Of a stretch of DNA of 64,000 nt, positions 53,701-64,000 are shown one piece after another. Source of the DNA: Selaginella moellendorffii (lineage: Eukaryota > Plantae > Lycopodiophyta); NCBI RefSeq assembly GCF_000143415.4, contig NW_003314350.1, positions 310,001-374,000 of the forward strand, given 5' to 3'. The notes beneath the pieces are model-generated. The model worked only from the letters and a program-made list of their open reading frames with translations. It made no database searches and was not told the origin of the DNA. Both the position numbers and the translations under genes were made by a program. Positions within the stretch are counted from its first letter, which is position 1; each line of letters starts with the position of its first letter.

Positions 53701-55292
53701 TATGTACTTATGCAAAGTTCAATTAAAATATCAATTTGTGAAGTTGAGTAATGGCATATGTTGGGACCCGAAGGCACGCCGAAGGTAAGCTAATTACCAT
53801 GGGTTAGCTAGGTTGACTAGGCGTAGGGAACTACACCTAACTCCCTGCAGGGATGTCGAATCCGTAGACATATTCTACAAAGGTTGGGTTCGAGTCCCAA
53901 CCCCCTAGTAAAGCAAGGCTGGGTTCAAGTCCTGACCCCATACTAGGGCGTGGTGAGGTGAGGAGTATAGGGACACCTATATTCCATTGTCATGGGCTCT
54001 TGGCCGGGGAGGCTTACTTAGGCACACCGCTAAGTGGGGGGATGCCCCCGGAGACATGGTCAACAAGTCGTAGGATAAAAAAGAGACGTTCAATGTGGGC
54101 ATCGAACTTCTTCTATGGGTGGTGGAGTTGTAAGGAACCAACTCGCCAAGGTGTTGTAGGCTAAAGGATCCCCGAAAGCATGACCAAAATGACAAAGAGT
54201 TCATCGGATGGGACCGAGTCGAAGATCGAGTCCAAGACCGACTCTGAGACCGAGTTCGAGATAGATTTGGATCTCGGACTCGATCTTGAACTCGGTCTCG
54301 AACTCGGTCTCCGATTCGGCCTCGGACTTGATCCCAGAATCTGGTCCGAGACCGAGTCTGAGGTCGAGTCTGAAGTCGAGTCCGAGATCAGGTCCGAGAC
54401 CGGGTCCGAGACTGAGTCCGAGACTGAGTCCGAAGTCAGGTCTGAGATCGAGTCCAAGATCGAGTCCAAGATCGAGTCCAAGATCGAGTCCGAGATCGAG
54501 TCCAAGATCGAGTCCGAGATCAAGTCCAAGATCGAGTCTGAGACCGAGTTTGATTACTAATACAGGTCAAGAGGTGAAAGCCCAAAGTGTGCGTCTCCCA
54601 GGGGGGGGGGGGGGCGGCTGTAGGGGGTTCCAAAAGTATAGTAGGGATAGTGAGGTCTAGGAACCGAGGGGCCTTGGGTGGGAGTGAGCAGGGACTTAGG
54701 TGGTGCCGAAGGGGCCACCCCAGGAAGTGCTCAAGAGCAACTCCCACTCCCGAAAGGGAAACCAATTGCGGTGCTCTCGGCTCATGTGGAGTGGTGCCCC
54801 ACTTGAGTACCATGCGGCTCATTGGTCCTCGCCCTTCCTAAGGGCTTGGGCCTTCCTTTGGGATGGAAGTGGGGGGGTAGAGGTACCCATACCGGGCCAT
54901 TAGGCCACGGTGTTTCGCCCCGGCGTCCCGAAGCAAGTGTTGCACCCAAGACTTGGGATTTAGAGGGTCCCATGATCAAGTCTTGTGGTACCAAGGGGTG
55001 TTAGGAACCTGGAGGCTTGGTGTGCTTGGCTGCTTGTGCCTGCGGGGAGTGTAGCTGAACCTTAAGTCCAGTCTAACCCGGGGAGGGGGATTAGGAGAGA
55101 TTTGGGAATCCGTGGATGGATGGCTAACGCTCCGTTGCTCGTGCAGTGAGTAGCTGAAATTAAGTAGAACCAAGTAGGAGCTGGTACCATAGGCGGGAAC
55201 CTTGGCGAGGGAACTTAGCAAAAGCCAAGGCAATGTTGGACAGATAGATGAGGTAAGTTGGCAAATTGGAAAGGAAAAATTTGTGGCTTACA
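47750..55292 (+). mobile_element. Full-length chromovirus (Ty3/Gypsy) family B, pseudogenised
   Basis: LTRs 47750-48894 and 54129-55292; GTATG TSD at 47745-47749 and 55293-55297; PBS TGGTATCGGAGC at 48898; PPT TATGGGTGGTGGAGT before 54129. Confidence 0.95.
48954..53700 (+). pseudogene. gag-pol: Gag, CCHC zinc knuckle, protease, RT, RNase H, integrase, chromodomain; multiple stops
   Basis: CYNCGEAGHFSKEC; IDTGAS; [10 protein letters not shown]; ETDASDY; CHDGPLAGH; GPY; EYEVEAIL...VKWKGF...TWEP. Confidence 0.95.
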
Positions 55293-57360
55293 GTATGCTC
55301 CATAGAGGTCGATCTTGGTGAAGAAGTAGGCACCACAGAGGCGTTCCAATAGGTCTAAGATCAGGGGCAGCAGATAATGGTCTGAACAGTCACCTTGTTC
55401 AAACCTCGGTAGTCGATGACTAGCTGCAAACTCCCATCCTTCTTGACAAAGAAGATAGACGCTCCAGCCGGGGACTGTGAATGCTGAATGTACCCCGATA
55501 CAAGGTTCTCGTCCACGCACTTGTTGAGGGCCTTAAGCTTGGATGGGGATAACCCGTAAATAGGCCCCCACAGAGGTGATGCTCTTTCCTGTAAATCAAT
55601 GGGACAGTTGTAAGGCCAATGAACAAGTAGTACACTAGCTTTTTTCTTGTCAAACACATCCCCAAAATCATGATACTTCTTAGGAAGACTAACAGGAGGA
55701 ACATGCAAAGCAAAAAAGAAAACAGGTTCTTCATGGAGTTCTTTCATAGTGATTATGGAGATAGGAGGAGGTGTATAACTGAATGGAATGATGGGGTGAG
55801 GATACTGTCCAGTGTAAGATGGAAGAGAGGGAAAAAAAGATTGAGGATAGGGAGCAAAGAGGGTGAAAACTTCATAAAGTCAGGAATAGAACTCTAATTT
55901 GAGTTTAGGGAACTTTTCTTGATTCGGACTCGATGAACAACAGGGGAAAACATGGGAGAGACGAGCTGTAATTCTTTCCAACAGATCTAAGGCTGGTGCA
56001 GTTGGAACCAAGGAAGGCCAAGCACCACAAAGAAAAACTTGTTGTTGATGATGTTGAAGGTGATATCGGTGACGATGGACCCGATGTGTACTCAAACAGG
56101 CAACGTTTCCTTAAGTCCAGAAGATGGAGACACAAAATGCCTACCGATGCCTTCAACCCTCACGTCCCGTATGGTAGGAGAAAGAGGAATGTGATGTCAG
56201 GCAGCAAAGTCCTTGTCCATGAAGCAAGAAGTTGCACTCGAGTCCAGTAGTGCCAGAGCTTTGAGTCCTGATTGTTCGGTGAAAGAAAGGAGACATGGGA
56301 TGCGGAAGTTGCAAGAATTGGTGGTGGCTTTGATGAAAGGTGGTGAGGAGCTTGATAAAGAAGAAAAGTGATTTTTATTCGGGGAGTCTAAACAGACAGC
56401 TCCTACTCTGTTTGGACAAGTTCGTTTCTCGACTGCAACAAAGGTGAACCTTAAAGCAGAGTGAACTCGAGTAGTCGGGGAAGCTTCTTGGGACACACAG
56501 CTGCTTTATGATTAAGATCAGCACAGTAGAGGCAAAGATTCTGAGATACTCGACGTTGCTTCTCAACAGGACTCAGCTTCCCTTTGATGAGTCAGGGAGT
56601 ACCAGAAATATCCATCGAGACTAGAGCAATAGGTTCAAGAGTATGCCCCAAAGACTCAAGCTGGGATTCCTAAGTCTGGGACAGGAAAATGGTGGTGCGG
56701 TGACTTTCCTGACGACGTTCAAAGAGACAATTGTCACATCCAACAGTTTTGTTGATGGCATCTGACAGGTCTGTGGGATCCTGCATGATGAGCAACAAAT
56801 CCTTGACACCATTGTTGAGGCCAAAACGAAATTGATCAATGAGGGCCCACTCATCCCACTGAGTGTCCAAGGCAAGGAGTTGGAACTCTGTAGCATAGGT
56901 CAAGGTAGGACGAGACCCCTGAGAGAGACGTCTCATCTTTGTGGTGGCAGCCCGAACCTGACCTGTCTCGCCAAAATATGCTTCGAGCTTCTCTTTGAAC
57001 AATTGAAGATCCATTAGCTCCAGAACCACGACCCCTTTCATGCTCTTCTCCATGAGAGGAGAAAACCATGACAAAGCTGCACCTTTGAGCAACATCCTGA
57101 TCATGCCGATTTAAGACTCAGGAGTGGGGTACCGCCGATGTTGAAGTGTGAAGATCAGCTTCATCTGGTTCAAGAATCTGTGAAGCTCCGAACACTTGCC
57201 TGAGAACTTTGCCGGGAAACTCACCTTTGGTTCAGGAACTTTGCTTGATCCTTGAGCCAAAAGTGAAGCAAGCTCCTTTTGCATGTGAATGAAAGGCTGC
57301 CTTCAACTCGGTATTCTCAGACTGGATTTTTGCAAGGACTTCGGTGAAGGAATCAGGATG
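55293..57360 (-). pseudogene. gag-protease-RT(N) fragments of the host Gypsy element
   Basis: LKGAALSWF, LIDQFRFGLN, SPAGASIFFVKKDGSLQLVIDYRGLN. Confidence 0.85.
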
Positions 57361-58004
57361 GCTTAGATGACATTTATAAGTACGGTTCATCTGCTAATAC
57401 TTAGTGTTATGGATTTGAATAAGACTTCAAAGTCCTCAATGCAATAGAGACAAAAAACAGGCAAATGGAAATGATGTTCACAAAGGCACACCTCAAGTAC
57501 TAATCTTGTGTTGTTCTTACTTTTCTACGAGTCTAAAATTTACTCATGTGCACAGGCATTTTTTAAAAAGTTTTGAGGAGGATGCCATGGCGGAAAGAGA
57601 TGGGAAGCTCCCACTAGAGTGTTTCAAAGTGCTCCTAAATGATAGGTTCGTGAGTCCCCAATCTGGGCAGTCCAATAACGGTAGGGTGTATGTGAAGAAC
57701 AGAATGATTGTGGTTAATTTAGAGGAGCAAGCACTAGATATATGGAGAAACACACATATCACAAACAATAGTGCTATGTGCATAAGGCTATTTGTATGAA
57801 TGGTGCTGTTATCAAGAAAGGCAGCACTATTGTCACTCGAGATCCAGACAATGTCTTTTGAGCATTTCATTGTGTTGTTCTGAATGTGCTTGATTTTTGT
57901 TCTTGCAGTTGAAGTATGTTTTGCAGAAATGCAAGATGTATTTTTAGTTGACTATGATGGACAATTCATTATACTATTCTCTGAGCAGTTCAAAAAGTGA
58001 GTGT

Positions 58005-58104
58005 NNNNNNNNNNNNNNNNNNNNNNNNNNNNNNNNNNNNNNNNNNNNNNNNNNNNNNNNNNNNNNNNNNNNNNNNNNNNNNNNNNNNNNNNNNNNNNNN
58101 NNNN
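58005..58104. other. Assembly gap (100 N)
   Basis: N run. Confidence 1.
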
Positions 58105-58302
58105 AAAGAAACGAGAAAGGGGGGAGAGACGAAGGGCAGGGCGGCCCCGCAATTCATCTACGACGGTCGCCGTTGTCATGTATAGGTGTTGTGACATCAT
58201 CCAACACTAATACTAGGATTGTAAATATGCTTTGGTTGGAGAAAGCTACAATGAATGGGGGTGTGTGTTAATACCAACAACAACTCAATAGAACTCAAAG
58301 TA

Positions 58303-58890
58303 TGTAATGCATATGATCATAGGATGAAATTTGGATATACTATCATCGTGGATCCTTGGAACCTTGAGGGATAAATGGGGATAGATAGTTATTAAAAACT
58401 TTCTCATTAAGCAATTGTCCTTTTTATAGTTGGCTTAAGGGGAGAAAGATAGAGTGCACTACATGTGGTATCAGAGAAAATGGCATAGGTTCAATTCCCA
58501 TTAATTAGTGACTACTTAAAATATAATATACCCTTAAACAATATATATTTTTACCCTTAAATTTTGAAATCATATGTATTAGGCATCCATGCATATATCT
58601 TTCCTCTTGTGGAGCATCTATCCATTGTGGCACTATAGTACGAGTGGATAACTAATTGCCTCATATGGAATAGTTGGTCTATACAATGAAGGTATTAGTA
58701 AATTCAATGTAGAAATGGAGGTGTTAGTTCCTCTTGGGTTAATAAAGGTTGTTAATCAATAATCAATGAGGACATTAACATCTCGAAAGAGTGTGATCAT
58801 GGGATGAGATTTAAATATATTATCACTATGGATCCTTGGAACCTTGGGGGATAAATAGGGATAAAATAGCCACTAAAGACTTTCTATACA
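58303..58890 (+). mobile_element. Possible TRIM-like small LTR element
   Basis: TGTAATGCA...GTGCACTACA (58303-58463) followed by TGGTATCAGAG; partial second copy at ~58792-58888; inverted fragment at ~12597-12685. Confidence 0.45.
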
Positions 58891-58908
58891 TAGGGTGCAT
58901 TATATGAA

Positions 58909-60039
58909 TATCACATATATGACTATGGGTATCGAAAGTTATTTATTGCTAACTCCTTTCGGATATTCTTTTCTTACTAACACGACAGCAAAAAGTCAGT
59001 ATTGTTGAACCCTTTATCAGTCCCTTTTGTTCAAGTATTAGTAAACTTGATTTAGCATTTGTACTTGGTCGGACAAGCATAAGGAAGGAATTCTTAAGTG
59101 TCTATTTATCCAAACATATTTGGCTCAGTTTATTAGTTTTCTTTTACTCTGTATTGCATTAGCTTGATAAAAACCTTCGCAATATTGAGTTTGGTCCCTT
59201 AATACTTGTTAGGTGATAACTTATCATGTCTATTAAACACTCTCGCTATCATGTCCCTTGTGTTAATCTCATTTTAGTCCTATTGGCTATTTATGGAAAG
59301 TGTCTAAATTTACTAGTTAGACATATCTATGGAATATAGAGATTGTCCTAAATATAATGTTGCTCTTTCTATTTCCAAATTTACAATCTAATGCCATTCC
59401 ATATTTAATAAGTTTCAAGTTTGTCCCATAGACTAACTTTTGGTACTAAGGGTGAAAGCACAAAATGTGCATTCTTTAAGAGAGGGGAGGGGGGGCTATA
59501 GGGGTTTTCCAAATATATAGTAGGGATAGTGAGTAGGTCAAGCATAGCTGACCAACCTGAGGCATAGTTTAGCTACTGTTTGTGTGCTTATCTTTGTTTT
59601 GCATTTGGTTTGGGTCTAAGCCTAAGTTTTATACCATACTAATTAATAGAGTACCTATATCTTTGCATTAGTCTATTAGTATATTGAAATAATGCCAAAC
59701 TCCATTTGGCTCTATTTTGCATGTTAATCCTAACATTGTGATATTGGATACTCTAAGACTATTTCAAGTCGCTCTGTCCTTTTGTCCATTTGTTCTTTGG
59801 GCTGTACACTCAAGAATCGCTTCGTGCTTTAATACCTTTGTGCCTTGGCTCCATGTTAAGGAGTTTGGCTCCATTCCTTCATTCAGTGGCCTAAGACCCT
59901 AAAACTTGGGTTTCGCTCCACTGTCTTTGGACATGTGGCATATGGCACGTGGCATATAACATGTGGCATATGGAGGTTTTAGATGGTTATCCTATGGTAA
60001 ATCACCATAGAATAAAAGGTGAAAACCATATGCACTACA
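58909..60039 (+). repeat. Old, transition-decayed family C solo LTR
   Basis: Colinear with 16762-17887; ends GCACTACA. Confidence 0.85.
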
Positions 60040-61464
60040 AAGTAACTTTGGTCAAAAGTTGAGCAGTTCATATTATGCACTAGAAGTGAAAATGGCTACA
60101 TCCAAGTTGAAGTTGATGACATTGTGGAGGTACAGAAGTATGGTTTTGCAGTAGTGCATTCAGTGTTACATCAACAGAAGATAATGAAGGTGCACATTTT
60201 AGTGTTGAGCAATGCTGGTAGATATGAAGTTGCAAGTAGAGTTCTTATGTTCATTGGCTGGTCTAATTTATGATGCACCAAAAACACTCAAGTAAGTAGT
60301 GATAGAGATGGGAAGCTTAAGTATATGTTGGTTGACTGCAAATAAATTACATACTATAAATTTTTTTAGTTATGATTTGTTCAAAACATATGTCTACATA
60401 ACTCTTTCAGAAGGCCACATTCATTTCACACAAAAAAAACCACTTCACTTCAGCACTTCAGATGCCCTATTTCCAGTTTACTTGCTCCATTTTTTGAGGT
60501 TTCTGTACACATGTTAGTGTTGAGCAGCATTCCAGGGATGATTGTTTGGGAGATCAAGTGTCTAAATGATCCTGAACTGAAAGAGGAGATAAAGAAGTAG
60601 TTGGAAGCTGTTCAAGATGTGTTGTGGATTAGCCCTGCCATCTAGGAATTGGCCAATGGCTTTAACATTGCAATAAGTGAATATGAGAAGGTCTACAAAG
60701 AGCTCCAAATAGTGAAAGGCCAAATCACAGTTATAGAAAGGATGCTTGAGGAGGTTCTCAAATGCACAAGGGCTAATAACTAAATGTCTTCCAGTTTAGT
60801 TTCTTTTCCTTTCCTTACTGCTATAGTGTGTTATCCTTGTGTACTTGTTCTGAATCTATGTCATTTTCATGTTCTGTTTTTCAAGGACAAAAAAATGTAA
60901 GAAAACTTTTCTAAGGTAAAAAGAGGCCATGAACTATCACACACTGATTGCCATAATGTTGAAAAAAGCCACTTTAAAAAGCCATAGTTTATTCATAAGA
61001 CACTCTCATAACTATATAACAACCAAAAGCCATTTTCAAATACCACAATACTTTTAAAAAACCACTTTCCAATAACATCACAAAAAAAACCACACTCTAA
61101 TACCACTTTTAGTGTGGATAGCCATAAACATTAAAAAAAAAAAAAAACGCCATAATATTTAACTTATTGTGTTGTTGGGTGGAAGTTGGTGCTCTTGCTA
61201 GTATACTTATGATTATTGTTAAATACTTCCTCCTCAATCGAGTGGTGTTTACAGTGGATTCTTTTAAATAATAGTTTAGTATTTATGGTTAAAGCATTTC
61301 ATGTTTTAATGTTTTAATTGAGGATACACTACACTTTCACTCATGCTTATTATTCATAGATATATGGTTTAGTGGAATGGTTTGTTCAGACATTAAGAAG
61401 GATGATCATGAAGTATATTGAACTTTCAACATTTAAATTATGATGGTTATTTACTATCTCTTTA

Positions 61465-61473
61465 GTGTGTGTG

Positions 61474-61512
<39 letters not shown>
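61465..61512. repeat. (GT)n(AT)n microsatellite
   Basis: Directly visible. Confidence 0.95.
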
Positions 61513-61515
<3 letters not shown>

Positions 61516-62429
61516 TTATAGAGGTATAAAGTTTTATTGATGCTTCACTATATAAATTTAATATTACTAATGGAGTTAAGTATACCTTCACAATTGTCAC
61601 AAACTGCCAATGCTAGGTCATGGGATTAATATTTAACAAACATTCTTCAACTAATTCAAACAAAATCTACTAAACACTTGAGTTATAAGTAGGACAATAA
61701 CAACACTATAACTTCCATCATTGTCCACGTATAAAATACAAAATATTTGATTTAGTGTTATTTTGTTTTTCCACTATTATAATACATAGTTTATCCAAAG
61801 AGCTCCTTGCTCAATGGATTGTATCAAATGGTAAGTTTATGAGGTTTAGTATGATATTCAATATGCTAATCCTCCAAAAATGCCTACAAATCCACTTAAT
61901 ATTCCTCTAGATTTTGGCCTATCAACCAAAAAACCTTAATTAACTACTTTCTATCTTTCTAAGGATAATGTGAAGTCGAAGTGTATAATACCATATATTA
62001 ATATTAGTGTAATGGGGCCATTGGATTTATTTTAATCTGGACCATTATATAATCTAAGGTTTTTGGCTTAATCAGATATATACATTTTTGTATTCCATTT
62101 TTATATTTTATGCATCCACATAAAAGAAAAATTTATTGCATGTTGCATACAACAACGCTTAGTTTGTTTAATTAGTGTTATTTCTATTAATTAATCTAAT
62201 TGATCAAATAGAGGTTTATAATTATAAACATATTTATGATTTATAAACACAAGATTAATCTTATTAAAAATCAACCATTAGATGGCAGAATAAACTAGAA
62301 TATACTAGGAAATGTTTAGAAGACTTTATAAATTATAAACATGTTTATAAATTATAAATACAAGATTAATCTAAATGAATAACTAGTATAATATTCTAGA
62401 ATATCCAAGCATATTTTAAATATATTCAC

Positions 62430-62740
62430 TTCACAAGCCTGTGCATGGATCTCCATCCCTCTCTCCAGAGCCGCGGCTTTCACCACCTTTCTACTGATCT
62501 CCTGGCCCTTCTCTCGCATGCCACAGCTCGAGCAGGCCTTGAGCGCCACTACGAAGCACCGCGAGTTGGGATCACACCCCTGCCTCCGCTGGATCCCCGC
62601 GAAGATCTCCAGCGCGAGCTCCCCCTGCCCCTGCCGGGCATAGCCGAGCAGCAGCGACGCCCACGCCACTGCGTTGTGGCAAACCATCCGGTCAAAGACG
62701 CGGTGAGGCTGCCACATCGCGCGTACATGTAGCGCGCTGG
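62430..62740 (-). pseudogene. PLS-class pentatricopeptide repeat gene fragment
   Basis: MYARCG (frameshifted), RVFDRM..NAVAWASLLLGYARQGQGELALEIF, CFVVALKACSS, GMEIHAQA; truncated. Confidence 0.85.
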
Positions 62741-63065
62741 AGACGAAGAGATTCGTGCTGCTGCCGCCGTCGATCGCCTCCGCGTGGAGTGAGCCTCCTC
62801 CCGCGCTCCAGCTCCACGGGGCTGCAACACGATCTCAACGCCGCGAAACAGTCCGGGACCTTGCTGGGCCGCCTTCCCTCGATCGATGGAAGAAAATGCG
62901 AAGAACTTGGTTGCCCTAAATTCTGGACGAATATTCCAAGCTAAGAAAAAAATTAATTTTTATTAATAATATTATTTATATTTAATTTAGGAGACATTAA
63001 AGAAAACCTTTAAAGAAATATCCTCTATAAAATGCTAAAGCCTCTCAACCCTAAACCTCAAACCG

Positions 63066-63868
63066 ATGGCGTTCTTTGGCAGGGAAAAGGAGCTGGATGC
63101 GTTATCACAGTTGGTAGGCGCCGAGCGAGTTGTGTTGGTCTTGGGCCCAAAGAACTCTGGCAAGACGGCACTTCTCCAGAAATTCCGGGCTACGAGTGAG
63201 CTCCCAATCTTTCTCCTGGACATGCGGATGGATATAGAGGACCAGGTATTGCAATGGCAGGCTGGAGTAGAAAACTTTCTAGTGCAAGGCTTAGATGCTG
63301 TGCTTAGGGAGCTGGGCTTGGCACGCAGGAAGAAAGGAAAGAAAGCCCCAGTTTTCATTCTAGATTGTGCTCACAAGATCAAAGCTCTTCCTGGAGCAGC
63401 AGAGCTTTTTAGAAATCTCTTAAGGATTGCACAGGACAAGATTGCGACGATCATCATGGCATCTTGGGACGATTCCTTGCGGGAGGATTGGATTGGGGAT
63501 AGATTTACGGAGCTTATTTATGTAGATCACTTCAGTGAAGCGCAGGCCAGGGAATTTTTTAGTGGTTTACTAGTTAGTCAAGTGAGTAGTAGCAGCGGTA
63601 GCCCGGGACATGGATGGTGGCGGCGATGGTGGAGGTGGAGTTGCGGTAATCCTCTTCCCCCTCCAGCAGCTCCACCTCGAGTTCTTTCTTTGAATGACGA
63701 AGAGTGGGGCAAGATCTATCGAGTTTGCGGCGGCTGTCCATTGCTGTTAAAGCGTTGCGCAAATCAAGTGTTCTCCGTAAACATCATGCCACTGGACAAC
63801 TCTCTTGGCACCATGGCCGCATCGGTGGCATCTCTTGTTTCTTTTGGATTGGAAGGCGACGATCAAGG
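63066..63868 (+). CDS. P-loop NTPase (archaeal-ATPase/STAND-like) gene, first exon; probably continues past the window
   Basis: FFGREKELDAL, Walker A GPKNSGKT, Walker B-like VFILD, CGGCPLLL (GxP); GTAAG donor at 63869. Confidence 0.75.
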
Positions 63869-64000
63869 GTAAGAAGCTAGATCTTCACTGTTGTTGTTTT
63901 CTGGAGCTCACAGCTTGTTTGAATTGCTTAAGGTGGGATGTCGAGATGTTTAAGCGAGTGATGGAGCTCTTGGTGGACAGGGATGGAGCCGTGGAATGGG

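Larger units (their letters stand above)
44159..57400 (-). mobile_element. Degenerate Ty3/Gypsy (Tf2-like) retrotransposon hosting nested insertions
   Basis: gag (56670-57104); protease ALLDSSAT (~56250); RT split between 55293-55747 and 47225-47749 (KIDLYGAY|NLIRIR...YLDNILIYS); integrase 45365-46048; putative 3' LTR 44159-44448 beside a PPT; 5' LTR not recognised. Confidence 0.85.

Noticed and set aside
53882-53937. tRNA gene or SINE
   Set aside because: Only T-arm hairpins are present; no A-box, D-arm, anticodon arm or acceptor stem is recognisable.
57506-57870. Possible exon fragment
   Set aside because: No recognisable motif and next to a gap; not enough support.

Overview
Repeat-dense eukaryotic nuclear DNA from a land plant. 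A Selaginella-like lycophyte is inferred from the PPR sequence style, the ~50-nt introns and the Met-tRNA-primed chromoviruses. Most of the window is nested Ty3/Gypsy LTR elements from at least four LTR families, several with intact TSDs, plus two assembly gaps. The main discovery is a 13.8-kb DNA transposon (24648-38448) bounded by 27-bp TIRs and a 4-bp TTGT TSD. It carries a Sola-like DDE transposase on the minus strand. Divergently it carries one 10-exon gene of ~1,630 codons that joins a ParB-like domain, a degenerate beta-class amino-methyltransferase-like domain, an acidic linker and an FCP1/NIF-type HAD phosphatase. About 30 copies of a 22-bp palindrome (ATGGCRTGNGGCCNCAYGCCAT) lie in its introns, UTRs, promoter and coding exons, and I saw none outside it. 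This looks like a ParB/parS-like or VANC-like self-recognition system. Secondary points: intron-like insertions in a Gypsy integrase, tandem tRNA T-arm hairpins in retroelement 3' regions, a promoter module shared by three LTR families, and an AT-rich intronless B-lectin gene with a 3' hairpin. All domain assignments come from motif recognition by eye, not database searches.
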